The position numbers were made by a program, and so were the translations under genes. 64,000 bases of DNA from Owenia fusiformis (lineage: Eukaryota). Under the pieces are notes generated by a model that was not told the origin of the DNA, made no database searches, and worked only from the letters and a program-made list of their open reading frames with translations. Location: assembly GCA_903813345.2 (NCBI GenBank), contig CAIIXF020000001.1, positions 11,594,001 to 11,658,000 of the forward strand, given 5' to 3'. Shown here piece by piece: positions 1 to 12,800 of this stretch (positions within the stretch are counted from its first letter, which is position 1; each line of letters starts with the position of its first letter).

Positions 1-83
1 AACATGGAAAGAGCTGCCCCTGTATAGGTGTCGCCATATTCATATTCAAGAGCTCCAATAGCACGATGTAAACTCAATTTGTC
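1..83 (-). CDS. Exon of vWA/EGF gene (middle of downstream vWA domain; runs off window start)
   Basis: Acceptor tttacAG, then DKLSLHRAIGALEYEYGDTYTGAALSM; phase 0, continues exon 17157-17350 (...VKFHLDRYK) as expected for a vWA fold. Confidence 0.85.
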
Positions 84-1347
84 CTGTAAATATTAAAATA
101 TAAATGTGTAAATGCAAATGTTAAATCTTAAACCATTTTTGTTCTTGTTTTTCCTGTAGCTTTTATTTATTTTATGGATCAGGTTGATATTTCAAACATT
201 GTATACTGATGAACTTGATGAATTCTGATTAACGTCAAGTTTTGGTAGTTGCAGATGGCTCTCAATTAAAATTAAAATATTCTCTAACACAAGAAAAACT
301 AGGGATACTATAAACTTTTTATTTCTACTTTCCAGTTTTCATGCATCAAAACACTTCAACCATACTACACCTGTTGAGAATTCGAAAAATACCTTGTACC
401 CTATTGAAATCATTTTTTGTTTGAGATTTTTGATACTTCTTATAATAATATTTTCGTCTTTTACATTACACTATACTTGGCAATATCACTTAAATATTTG
501 GAGATCTCTTAAATAAAGAGTGAATGCATGGCCATAGCTAATGAAGCAGGTGAAAATATTCATCTAAATTCAATGTTAAGAGCAAACCAAACTCAGAATC
601 CCATGTATTGCCCATGGTCTTACCGAAATTATTGTGTGGTTTAAAATGCAGCTCTAAAATTCATCCAGCTTTTCCATTTAATTTAATATCTAATCAAACT
701 AATTCCCCCTCAAATGATCCCCATGTACATGTTACTGTAAATCATGTTATTGCCACAGAAATTCTTAAACAAAATAGTCTTAAAAAATTCCACAAAAAAA
801 CTTTTTTTGATTACAATAATTATGATTAAAACCTCACAAACAAACTGATATTAGATAGCTTAGAATAATTTGAAAGGTCGGTTTTTCTATAAATGTGTTT
901 TAATTGAGAAATATGAGCATAGAATTGACCAATTTCAAACAAAATGTGTTTTTTTAAATTGTCTTCCAGAGTGACCAGATCAGCCTGACCTTGTAATTCT
1001 TGCAAAGGCCATCAATTTCAATTCTAATAATAGATCTGTCAATCAAATCTTGGACTGCATTGTACTGAAATGTTATTTCTAGTTTGATTGTTCATGTTTT
1101 GGGATTTTGATTTTCTATAATAACTAGAATTGAAGTTTTGAAATAATGTTCAACATTTAATTTTGATGCATTATAAAAAGTATTCAAATATATGAGGTCA
1201 AAATGACCTATTTCATGCAACAAACTAGTGAGGTTTATAATCTAGGAAAATCAGCAATGATTTAAAATTATAAAAATGAATTTTGAAAGAAAAACATAAT
1301 TTCTGATAAAATCTTAGTTGATTGATTAAGTTGTTTGTAGATATCTA

Positions 1348-2262
1348 CACGGGTAACTAGAGTATCCGCGTATATTGAGTATGACCGGTTCTTAGGCTAC
1401 GAATATGACCTGTTTTGGAAAGTCATGAGAGGCACAGCTGCTTAAAAATGGAAAATAAAGGTTAACTTCTATATTATCCTTTTTGAAATTGTGTTTGTTG
1501 AATATAGTTTATGCTGTATTTAATAGTAATGTAACAAAAAAATGTTAAACATGAGCTATTTTAGCAATGTAACTGTTCATAATGGAATATCAATCAGAAA
1601 GTACAGATTTCTCGCCTTAGAGCCAAATCATTAATATCACAGTAGAAAAAAACAAATCCCAAACCTTTTTATGGCTAACCTGAACAAGATCTCCAAATCT
1701 CAGTTTATATGATCCCCCGTAGAGTGAGCAATAGAAGGATCTATCTTTTCCCAGAGGATACGCTTGTGAAATGTCGTGGAAACGAGTGTAACACGGCCCA
1801 CTGATTGTTTCACAATCGTATTCTCCAATAATGGGGCACCAGTGACATTCGTATTCTCAAAAATTCAAAGATGTATCATATTTGGACAGAGCAGGCTAAA
1901 TTATTTAAAATATTCATGACTAATTCGTAGATCTAGCTATATATTATACATACGATGTGTCATCCTCTTCGGAGTTGCGTTGTGTTACACAAAAACTGAT
2001 CAAAGATGCTGGAAACTAGGATTTTACGGCTTCAATCTAATATTAATACGTTTTCTCTTGATTAAGGCCCCTTGTGATATGCCTGGCATTATAAGTATAC
2101 CAAGTATCATTCATTGACCAAGTAGGATAAAAAGAAAACGTTCGAAAGTGTTCATAAAAAGCAAGTACTCACCTCGTCTGTTTATAGGAACAGAAATACG
2201 GTCACACTCGTAAGCTTAGAACCGGTCATACTCAATATATGCGGATACTCTAGTATCCCGTG
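1348..2262. mobile_element. Non-autonomous DNA transposon (MITE), CACGGG...CCCGTG ends
   Basis: About 65-bp imperfect TIRs (cacgggtaactagagtatccgc / gcggatactctagtatcccgtg); TATCTA on both flanks (could also be read as TA). Confidence 0.85.
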
Positions 2263-2947
2263 TATCTAGGACCTCAAAAGGATTCAAATTGAATGTATTA
2301 CCATTACTTTTACTACATTTTAAATTTACTCCAAATAAAATTTTAAGAATATTATAGAAATAAGAATTGAAATGCAAATATTATAGATTTCAAATATTCA
2401 TCCTCAGGATAGAAGCCCTAAAGCAAGAAATCCTCAAGAATAAATGTTTACAACTTGAAATGATAAAACTTAAAAAGTGAACAGACAGATTCACGTAAGG
2501 GGTATCAGATTGACTATGTCGTGCAATTGTGAAATTAACTATATTGGCTATGGGCTAATTTTAAGAACATGAGTACAAATAACATGATTATTCTCAACCT
2601 TAACTTAACAAGATAACATCTTTTTCACCAACTAGAGCCAATTACTGTTGCATGTACAAATCTTGGGCATGCTAACCAAACATTATGAGTTGAGTTTTTT
2701 AACAGTATGAACTAATGAACTTACATTCAAAAACATGATTTGAATCTATGAATGAAGTCAATGAGGTCAATTACAAATGTTTTCCTGGACTGTCCATATG
2801 ACATTGATGGAAGTGTGTGGTTTGAATGAGAAGAGTTTTACACGTGCACTGACTTAATTTAATTCATGAAAAGGGACAAACGGTGAGTAAAATTGGCATT
2901 TTAAAGTTTAAAATAAGCATATGTGAATCATAATCTGTAACTTGATC

Positions 2948-3028
2948 AGGCTAGTAGCCAGGGGGATGGGTTTGGGGGGTTTGAGCGAAAAAAGTGAACC
3001 CCCTCAGCAAAAGTTGGCTACGGGCCTG
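2948..3028. mobile_element. Short GTAGCC...GGCTAC-type MITE remnant
   Basis: caggctagtagcc...ggctacgggcctg ends, GC-rich core; relatives at about 33943-34187 and 47856-48066. Confidence 0.55.
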
Positions 3029-3240
3029 TTGTTTGTGTGTAACTGGCAGCATGACAGTACCACTAGCATTCAATTTCAGATATTATAAAATGGAAAAATC
3101 TCAAGAAGCCAAGATTTATCTGAATTTTAAAGAGTTCATGAATTTGTCAAGGGGATTCAGTATCATTGAAAAACAAGGCATTACATGCAAAATGTCACAA
3201 CCTGCCATTTGTTACAGATGCCAAATACCTACTGCCTTCT

Positions 3241-3716
3241 AGTCTCCTCCCCATTGCCATTCATCTAGTTTCCTCCCCTTGCCATCTACCTAGGCTCCTC
3301 CCCCTTGCCATTTACCCAGTCTCCTCCCCATTTCCATTTACCTAGTTTCCTCCCCTTGTCATTTACTTAATCTCCTCCTCATTGCCATTTACCTAATCTC
3401 CTCCCCCATTGCCATTTACCTAGTCTCCTCCCCATTTCCATTTACCTAGTTTCCTCCCCTTGTCATTTACTTAATCTCCTCCTCATTGCCATTTACCTAA
3501 TCTCCTCCCCCCTTACCATTTACCTAATCTCCTCCCCCATTGCCATTTACCTAATCTCCTCCCCTTACCATTTACCTAATCTCCTCCCCCATTGCCATTT
3601 ACCTAATCTCCTCCCCTTACCATTTACCTAATCTCCTCCCCCATTGCCATTTACCTAATCTCCTCCCCTTACCATTTACCTAATCTCCTCCCCCATTGCC
3701 ATTTACCTAGTCTCCT
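3241..3716. repeat. Minisatellite, about 26-29-bp unit (tctcctcccccattgccatttacctaa)
   Basis: Roughly 17 directly visible tandem copies. Confidence 0.95.
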
Positions 3717-3807
3717 GTCTTAACCTAGATATGGCCCCATAAAGTATGTGTTTCACAAATGTGTTATTATTTCTTATTTTTTACCCGTTTTTATTTCAGC
3801 GTCCACT

Positions 3808-4515
3808 ATGGATCAACACAATGCCTATAATACTACAGCCAATATTGCCCCTGATATAGCGAAGATCATATTTGATGTCATACAACAGTACTATGGACTC
3901 TTTATGCTGTTTATTCTATTTGTTGTATGCCCATTAACATGTTTTCTTACGGAAAAATGTCGACAATGTGTGGCCCCAAGCAAGTTTAGAAAGAAAACTA
4001 AAATGAACTCTGGGGAAGGAGATAAAAATAAGTCCCAGAGTGGATTTAAAAGATACTGTGACCATATAATGATGTTGATGTATCATATTGCGACCAGGAA
4101 CACAAAAGTTGGACCACCATCTAGTGATTTTCAAATAGCTCAGGAAAATCTCATTGAAAACCTCCCACAAGGACTAAGAACCCCTTCAAAAGATGAAAAC
4201 AACAATAGTACATGTAGTAGTGATGCCCATGATCAAAATAACAAGGAAAATGTAGAAACCCCACGCAAGATATCCCCAACTCATGTCATCAAAGGTATTG
4301 ATAACAATACAATGTTAAAGCAGCCAAAGGAGCTTGATGAAAACAATGTGTTTAATGACCAGATTAAAAAATCTATGTATCATATTGAAAAGAGAATCAA
4401 TCATACTGAGGATAAGGTTGCACATGTTCAGATAATTGTGGTGCCAAAGATCACTGTTACGTATGCCCATACCAAAGATTTGGATTCTTCAAATGACAGT
4501 GTGTTTCTACCTTGA
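3808..4515 (+). CDS. Orphan single-pass membrane protein (235 aa from ATG 3808), nested antisense in vWA gene intron
   Basis: Pyrimidine tract + AG at 3798-3799, then a 708-nt ORF in AT-rich DNA; one hydrophobic segment YYGLFMLFILFVVCPLTCFL followed by basic KFRKKTK. Confidence 0.65.
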   Translation: MDQHNAYNTTANIAPDIAKIIFDVIQQYYGLFMLFILFVVCPLTCFLTEKCRQCVAPSKFRKKTKMNSGEGDKNKSQSGFKRYCDHIMMLMYHIATRNTKVGPPSSDFQIAQENLIENLPQGLRTPSKDENNNSTCSSDAHDQNNKENVETPRKISPTHVIKGIDNNTMLKQPKELDENNVFNDQIKKSMYHIEKRINHTEDKVAHVQIIVVPKITVTYAHTKDLDSSNDSVFLP

Positions 4516-4718
4516 AATATAGGATAGGCCAAATAGCAAGAGCTAACTGATCGGACTAGTAAATTTGAGCCTGTTTCATGTACCAGGTTTAGAGGATGAT
4601 ATAATGTACAGGTCCAAATGCTGAGTTCCAATGAGAAATGTTAAAATACAATTGAAGTTTCATCTGACTTAATTAGTAAAATTTTGGTATAAATCTATTT
4701 TCTTAAAATCATTTATAA

Positions 4719-6585
4719 CTAGACTTTTGAAGATTGCAAGCAATCTCACGGAGGCCCTCTTAGGCATTTTTGACAATTTGAAGGTCAACTAAAGGACAAA
4801 TATGAAATCTGAGGTCAGATGTGAACTCCTGAGAACTTGTAGATTATTTTCAAAAAAAGATTTTGTCAATTTGAAGCAAGTTTAAATTTGACCTTGAAAA
4901 ATTTCAAAATTGACCTTTTTTCAGCTTTTGAACTCTTATATCTCAAACTGGGACAAAATTCCATTAGATAGTCAATTGCTAATATGTGTAGAACCCTTAG
5001 AGGAATGTGTATATTTCGACTTCGGATTAAAAATATTGGTTTGTAGTCTCGAACTTTGCGAAACTTAGATAGCACAGTTTGTGACCTAATTCCATGATCT
5101 TGACCTTTGACCCTGAAAAGTTTTCCTTTTTAAGACCTCAGTAGGTCTTTTGTAATTAGGCTGACCTAAATTTGAATCCAAAGACTCAATTTGAAAAATA
5201 AACTTTTTTACCTTTCGAAGGTCACTGAGGTCAACTAAAGGTCAAAGGTTAAATCTGAGGTCAGATTTGGACTCCTAGGAACTTGTAGATGATTTTTTAA
5301 AAAAAATTGGTCAGATTGAAGCAAGTTGAAAAATGACCTTTTTTGACCGTTTTTGACGTAAATGATCTCAAAAATGGTAAAAATTTAATGCTGACATATT
5401 GTGAACAATTTGTAGAGAATACTAAAATGTAGTTTCAGTTTAATTCATCGCAAGAAATAATGAAGTATAAGGACAAACTTGAGAAACTTGAAAAAATTTA
5501 GATTTGACCTAGATTTTGACCTTTGACCTAATTTGATAACCGTGACCCTTGACCTTGAAAATTTTACTGCTTTAGAGCTCAGTAGGTATTTTATGATTAG
5601 GCTAACCCTAAATTTGAATCCAAAAACTCAATTTGAAAAATCAATTTTTCTGACCTTTCGAAGGTCACTGAAGGTCAACTAAAGGTCAAATGTCAAATCT
5701 GAGGTTAAATATGAACTCCTGAGAAGTTGTAAATGATTTTTAAAAAAAAATTGGGTGAATTTGAAGAAAGTTAAAATTTGACCTTAAAAAATTTCGAAAT
5801 TTGACCTTTTTTCAGTTTTTGAGTTCTAATATTTCAAAACTGGAGCAAAATTTTAATAAATAGTCAATTGCTAATATGTGTAGAACCTTTAGAGGAATAT
5901 ATATTCTGACTTTCAGTAAAAAAAATTGATTTGTAGTCTCCAATTTTGAGAAACTTAGAAAACACAGTTTGTGATTTCGTTTGATGACCTTGACCTTTGA
6001 CTTTGCAAATTTTACTTTTTTAGGCCTCAGAAGGTCTTTTGTGAATAAATATACCGAAATTTGAATCCAGAAAATTGATTTGAAAAATCAACTTTTTTGA
6101 CCTTTCGGAGGTCACTGAAGGTCAACAAAAGGTCAAAGGTCAAATGTAAGGTCAGATTTGGAATCCTGAGAATTTGTAGATGAGTTTTAAAAAAAAATTG
6201 GTCAATTTGAAGCAAGTTGAAAAAAGACCTTTTTTGACCTTCAATATCTCAAAATCTAGGCAAAATTTCTCTAGACGGCAAAAGGCTAAGACTAATAGAA
6301 TACTAATATCTATCTGTATGCAAAAATTCAGCCAAAAATAATGAAGTGTAGTGTCGGGATTTGAGAAACTTGAAAAAAACTTAGATTTGACCTAGATTTT
6401 GACCTTTGACCTTGACCTAGATAAAAATTTCTTTCCCCCAATTTCAGCTGAGGTTCCTAGTAGGAGCATATAGTAAGTAGTTGAGAGCTAGTTGGAAGTA
6501 GGAGAAAAATGCTTTGATAGAATAAGAAGAATAAAGAAAAGCTACAAAAGCTATAGGAGGCCCTTTCAGGAGGGCCTCCTAATAA
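4719..6585 (-). mobile_element. Non-autonomous Helentron/Helitron-like element rich in TGACCTT repeats
   Basis: Minus strand: 5' hairpin TAGGAGGCCCT-n6-AGGGCCTCCTA, TTCTT-rich tract, internal repeats, sub-terminal AGGGCCTCC, 3' hairpin AGATTGCttGCAATCT, CTAG end next to TT. Confidence 0.7.
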
Positions 6586-7660
6586 TTATAGGACGTTATA
6601 TGAGCAATATGTAAGTGCTTTGAAGTATAAGTATGCACATGTTTTAATGTATTCATTTTGTATTTTTCTCTTCTGAGAAAGCTTTTGCCACTTAAATAAC
6701 ATGTGGCTAAATTAACATATAATGTATACTGTATGAATTCTGCATGCCCAAAGTAGCTAGATTTTGTAAAATATGTTACAGAAATATAAAATAAAAGTTA
6801 GAAAATCATGATATCTACATCACTGATCATAGCTTCTGACATGAGAAAATGTAGTAACGAAAAAAATTCTATGTTATTGTACTTCATGTTAATCTTGAAT
6901 AATATAGTGGCTAAATGGAACTGACTGTGGACTAGAACTGGAATTCAGTCGTCCAGGTTAAAGAAATTACATGGGTTGTATAAAAGATGAAATATGAAAA
7001 TCATTATGACGGCATTACGCACTAGTGAGCAAAATCAGTATATTTCATACAGAATGTCAATTTGAACTCTGAACAACAGATATTACGTATAGGCTATTAA
7101 ACTTTATTTGATTAATAATGCAATACACATCTAGCTATCTTTTTCAAATGACACATAACAAGCACTCTAGATCCTTCTTAAATGATTCCTTGATATTTCT
7201 ATGTTGGGTATGTGGACAAGATTACACATTTAAAATACACTTATTTCAGAAAATGTGTAGAAAATTATGGAAACAAACTTTTTCTTATATTATCCTGGCA
7301 TGGAAATAGCATGCTTTCAATGATTATGACATATTCTACACATCCCCATTGTTAAAAGCTTTCACATCACCTTGTTTGTATTCAATGAAATAACACGTGA
7401 ACAACCAGAATCCCAAAATTTTATGTAATTTTGGTTTTTATAAGTTAATTATACTTACCTATTATGTCATTACAATATGCTAAAAGCTACCATAGTCACC
7501 TTTTATTGGAACAATTATTTTCTACTTTCACTTTCACTTTCGGTTTCCCGGAAGCCCCGCCCACTTTACGTCATAGTTGCGCATGCGCACCATTCATTTT
7601 TCACTAGGTGAAACGCTTATTTTAAAGCTGATAAGCGGGGTGGCAAGGGAGGGCTTTTGA

Positions 7661-7775
7661 TGTAATGACATAATAGGTAAGTATAATTAACTTATAAAAA
7701 CCAAAATTACATAAAATTTTGGGATTTTACTACGTAAATTAATATCACTTACCAATTATGTCATTACAATATGCT
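7661..7775. repeat. DIRS internal complementary region (ICR)
   Basis: First half is the reverse complement of 7409-7474, second half of about 17010-17062; halves join at ...ttttgggattttactacg... Confidence 0.92.
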
Positions 7776-8061
7776 GAATCCCACCAGAGCAGGTGGAGGG
7801 ATATTAGCTTAGAAAATAAAATACTCCAAAAACAGCATTAACTGATTAGAATTCGTACTTGAATCACTATCCTTACCATAGGATATTAAGTTAAATAATT
7901 TTGCAACGCAAAACTAAAAGTAACAAGTGAAAATAATTTATCCAAGCACACTCCTTTGTTATTCATATCTTAATTATTGATAACAAATAATTGGAGATGA
8001 ATAACAAAAACTTTCCACCTTTTATTGGTAGAATTATGAACTATAAGACTTTAAAACTTAC

Positions 8062-9877
8062 TTAAACAGTTTTGTTCGCAGCAATGAAGTGGTTGCCTTC
8101 GAAGTCTTTCAAGGACACTTCCTTTAAGTAGAATGAAGTGAACGTGTTAAAGTTAGTCCATCTTCCAGCTTGAATAATCTCGTCTAGAGTGCAATTCTTC
8201 GCAAAAGCAATGGAAGTTGATAAGGCTCTGAGTTGGTGAGTTTTAACCTTATAAACCTGCTCAGCATGCTTGGGAAAAGACTGTAATGCCTTTGCTACAC
8301 AATTCTTCACCCATGAAGTTATTGTGTTAGCATGTATCTCTTCTTTATAGCCTTTCTTGTATGATATAAACAATCTTTGTTGTTTATCTCTCATGGGCTT
8401 TGATCTTCTCATATAAACTTTTAATGCTCTAACAGGGCATAAAAGTTTGTCATCTTGAAGATCTGGTGTCAAAAAACCTGTTAAGGCTTTTATCTCAATG
8501 TCCTTCAGGACAGTACCTCCAGCCTTTAGTAAGGTCTTGGGTACAAAGTCAGATTTGAATCCCAGAAAAATGGATTGCCAGTCAATACTATGTGACACCT
8601 TCTTAAGCACCAAGGCATGTATCTCACTGCGTCTTGCTGCAGATGCTAACAGAGTGAGAAAAACTGTTTTCCACGTAACAAATTTTAAATCAACTATCTC
8701 GATAGGTTCAAAAGGAGGTCTCATAAGACCTTGTAGGACCACATTTAAATCCCAGTTTGGAATTTTATTAGAGATATTCCTCGGTCTTTCTTGTTTGAAA
8801 TTAGATAACAAACAAGAAATCAAAGGATCTGAACCAATATCTAAATTCGAAGTTTCTTTCAGAGTATTACCTAAGGCTGTTCTGTATCCTGCTATAGTAA
8901 CTGGTTGAAGTTTTCTATCTTCAAATAACCAATTCAGAAAATCGGCTACTACAGTAACAGAAGTTCTGAATGGATCTCTATTCCGTTCAGAACACCAACT
9001 AGCCCAGACTCTCCATTTCAAGTCATATACCTTGATCGAGGAGTTTCTTTGAGGTTTTGCAATTCTTTCTGCAACCTTGTTTGAAAAGCCTTTGTTTTTA
9101 AAGGATTGTTTGACAGCCTCCAAGCGTGAAGCTTGAATATTTGGGGATTTTGATGAAATACCCATTGTCTTGTCTGTTTCAACATTTTTGGAACTACTGG
9201 AATGTGTAGAGGTTTCTCTACAAGAGACTCTAACAGTCTGGGATACCATGCTTGTTTCTCCCATAATGGGGCAATGAGAATCATTTCTACATTTGTCGTT
9301 TGCAACATCTTGTTCAGAACTAGAGAGATTAATGGTGTCGGGGGAAAGGCATAAGCCCACAGACCTTTCCAATCCATACTTAGAGCATCTACCTCCCATG
9401 CTAGCATATCCGGGACTGGTGACACAAATAGAGGTAATTTCGTGTTGTGTCGTGTCGCAAAAAGGTCTACTAGAGGTTTTCCCCATTTCCTGCAAATTGC
9501 ATGGAAAATTTGATCTTTCAGACTCCACTCTGTCGACAGAATCTGAGACTTCCTGGACAGAGCATCTGCCAGAATGTTCAATCTCCCTGGAATATGACGT
9601 ATTGTCATTTCTATATTGTTGACTTGATTCCATAGCAGAATTCTTTTTGTTACCTTGAATAACTGGTAAGAATGTGTGCCGCCTTGATTTTTCAAATAGG
9701 CCACAGTGGATGCATTGTCTGAGGATACTTGTATCCTTTTCCCCTGTACTTGAGGTTGAAAATGTTTGAGACTTAACTCTACTGCCATCAACTCCTTCAT
9801 GTTGATGTGCAGGTTCAGATCTTGTTTGGACCACATCTTTGAAACTTCTAGATTTTCTAAATGTGCTCCCCAAGCTG
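8062..9877 (-). CDS. DIRS ORF3, 3' part: tyrosine recombinase
   Basis: SAARRSEI (R), HQLRA (HxxR), GRW, TSFYLK (Y); LLCPVRALKVY motif; joins 14735-13654 in frame when the insertion is removed. Confidence 0.93.
9018..9877 (-). CDS. DIRS ORF2, 3' part: RNase H + Dam-like methyltransferase domain
   Basis: TAWGAH, HINMKELMAV, SDNASTVAY, HIPGRLNILADALSR (RNase H); EWSL, VDLFA, DAL..DW, YAFPP, LIAPLW..QAWY (DIRS MT domain). Confidence 0.92.
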
Positions 9878-9880
9878 TCA

Positions 9881-12800
9881 TAGACAGGTTCCAATTCAAA
9901 TAATTCAAGTTTTTGAGGCATTTTTTAGAAAAAGCAACAGACCTATTTTTACTAGATCAGTTTTTCATGCTGATAAAGATATTAAAAGATGACAGCTCAA
10001 CGGGGTGGTCACGACACTAAATTTGGGCATTTTTACCCCCCTAGGAAAATATTCTAGGGGGTACTATGAAACTAGTTCATAACTCAAAGGATATATGAGC
10101 TATTGTTCTGAGTTGTACACCATACATTGCTAGTACAAATATGAATACTATCCTTAAGTTATGGGTTGATACCCTTATTGGTCTCAGAAAAATACAAAAA
10201 ACAGGAAAAAGATACGCAATTTTTGTCCTGCCAATTTTATATTTGTAGCTTCAAGCACAATATGAGAGCTTTAACAGCTCATAGTAGTATTTTAAAAACA
10301 TTTCCAAGCTATGTGTGGTATTGTAATACATCTATTTTAGTTATGAAGTACTATTTTGTAATTTTAATATGACTTTATAGTGCCCTACCCCTGGAAAATT
10401 GAAGAAAGTGGATGTGGTGTATTTTATCATTTTGCAGCATTAAGTTAGAAACATGTATTGATAGACACCAAATCAATAAATTCATACCATCATCAAATGT
10501 TAGGTGAGATGCTAATTCATTTATTACTAGAATATAGAACTTAAGATATTTTATAAGTTTTCAATTAAGTACATGTATCATAATGAAATCTAGTGTAATC
10601 ACATACTAGAGAGGTTGGCATACAGTCTGGACATTGACATAAAGTCTAAACATTATAATCATCAATTGATCTCATTTGAGCAACTAGACTATGGTGGTCA
10701 TCATGCACAAGTAATGTACAGTAGAACCTGCTAAGTGAAACACCTCCGTAAGTGGAACACCTCCCAAGTGGAACACCTTTTCAAAGTCCCGTTTTAAAAA
10801 CCCATTGACTTAATGTTAATTGAACCTCTGTAAGATGAACACCTCCAAACTTGAACAGTGAACACCCCATATTGAAAAATTAACCTGCTAAGTGGAACAG
10901 TCAATTTCCATAGATTTCAATATTGATATGTGTAAACAGAATTAATCTCCTTCAATGATATCTGGGTATGAAAACAGGTAATACTGTGAAAATTGGCAAA
11001 TTAGGATTTTAATGGATTAACCTCCTGTAGAGGTCAACATGTGATGCAACCAATAATTAATTTGATAATCAGCAAATTAGGATTTCATAAGATTTTCATT
11101 CAGAAAATTGGATTAACCTCCTGTAGAACTGGACACGTGATGCTACCACTAATTAATATCCCTTGCTGTTTGTTTCAAACTTAATAAGTAAGATTAAAAA
11201 TGTCATTTAAAAACAATTGAATTATTAGCAGTAGGAACAAGTCTTTAAAACTTAATTCCCTAATCATTGTACCTGAGACTGGCACAATTGGGAGGATTAG
11301 GAATGTCAGAAAACATTTTTTTGGCAGAATGAGGAGGATTAAGAATGTCAGATACCTTTTTGAGTAAAATAAATGGATTATTAATGGTATATACCTGCCC
11401 TGTAATGAAGGGAGAATCATATTTCCAATGATACATATAAATCCTATATTTGATCTTGTATGTTCCCTGCGAACCCAAAACCTCCGTAAGTGGAACACCT
11501 TCTAAGTGGAACGCTTTGTGGCAGAATGGAGTGTTCCACTTATACAGGTTCTACTGTATTAACATAATAATGTTATAAAGGAGCATTTAGGTTATCGCAA
11601 ACAACTTCAGACAATTCTAACTTGAATTATGAATATTTTCTGACCATGAACATGGGTATATCTTTTAGATCTATTCATTATCTTCAAGAAAAGTAAATAT
11701 AATGATTAATCAGACCTAAGTGATATTAAAGGGAATGGCCCAATCAACATACTTTTTACTAAAAATGTTGACCTAATTTTCACCAAAGATGCAACCTTTA
11801 ATTATATTGTCCGATTGACTTTATTATCCCTGTATACCCTGACTTCATGGTCAGAAAATAGTCATAATCAAAGATATAACTGTCTGAAATTGTTTGTGAT
11901 AGCTTACCTGAACCTTTCCAGGTCAAATCAGGAGTGACAAAATTATTTCCTCCAAATTTTTGACATGTCTTCAAATACGATAATATTTTCTTCATAAGAT
12001 AGAGTGTCACTTGTGAAATTTATTGATTGACCTGAGATCGTACCATATCTTTATGACATAGAAGCGAAATAGCCATATTTAACTTTAATGATGTTTTTTA
12101 ATTGTTGTTTGCCACTTTTCGACAATTGTCAAAATTTGGGGGTTTTGGGGAGGGGTACAATTAGGTTAAAAAATTCACCCGATTCAGACTATCCTTAAAT
12201 GAGCACTGATTCACCCGAGAGCATGACTTTTTCAAAACATGTAAGTGTTATTTTTGGACCACTCACATTAATGTTTCGTCTAATTTTCCCTCAGAGTTTC
12301 ATCATCATTGTCCAAATCTTATGGCATATTTGTTGAGATATATGGATGTTCATTATTAAAATCTTGCCTTCCTTTGCAGTTGGAAAAGATTCGGCATTAG
12401 GTGTTATAAGTCCCAGAGCACGATAAATAAAAAATAACAACAAAATGACATAGAACTGATAGATGTTTTCTCCTGTGCGTGTCAGCCTTGGTCTACCAAG
12501 TTGCTATTCAGTAGGAAGAAACTCATTTTTCAGTTTCCATTTTAATTTCCTGACAAATAGGGCGATCATCCCAGGATTTTTTCTATGATCTATGTGTCGC
12601 CATAGCAACTTCTGTTTTAGAGAACAATAGAACAATAGAAAAGATTACTTTACCATAATTTTAATCATCCCACATTGTAGACATATTTAGAATTAAAAAT
12701 ATGAAGAGAATGACAAAACCCCTTAAAACACATTTCTTAGGAAACAAATAGTGTCGTATTCTTGTTTCTATGGCAACAGAGTTTTTTCTTTTTGTCATTT

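Noticed and set aside
9881-9921. Listed start codons of the 619-aa and 296-aa ORFs
   Set aside because: They lie in the inserted element's TIR; the true frames continue at 13654
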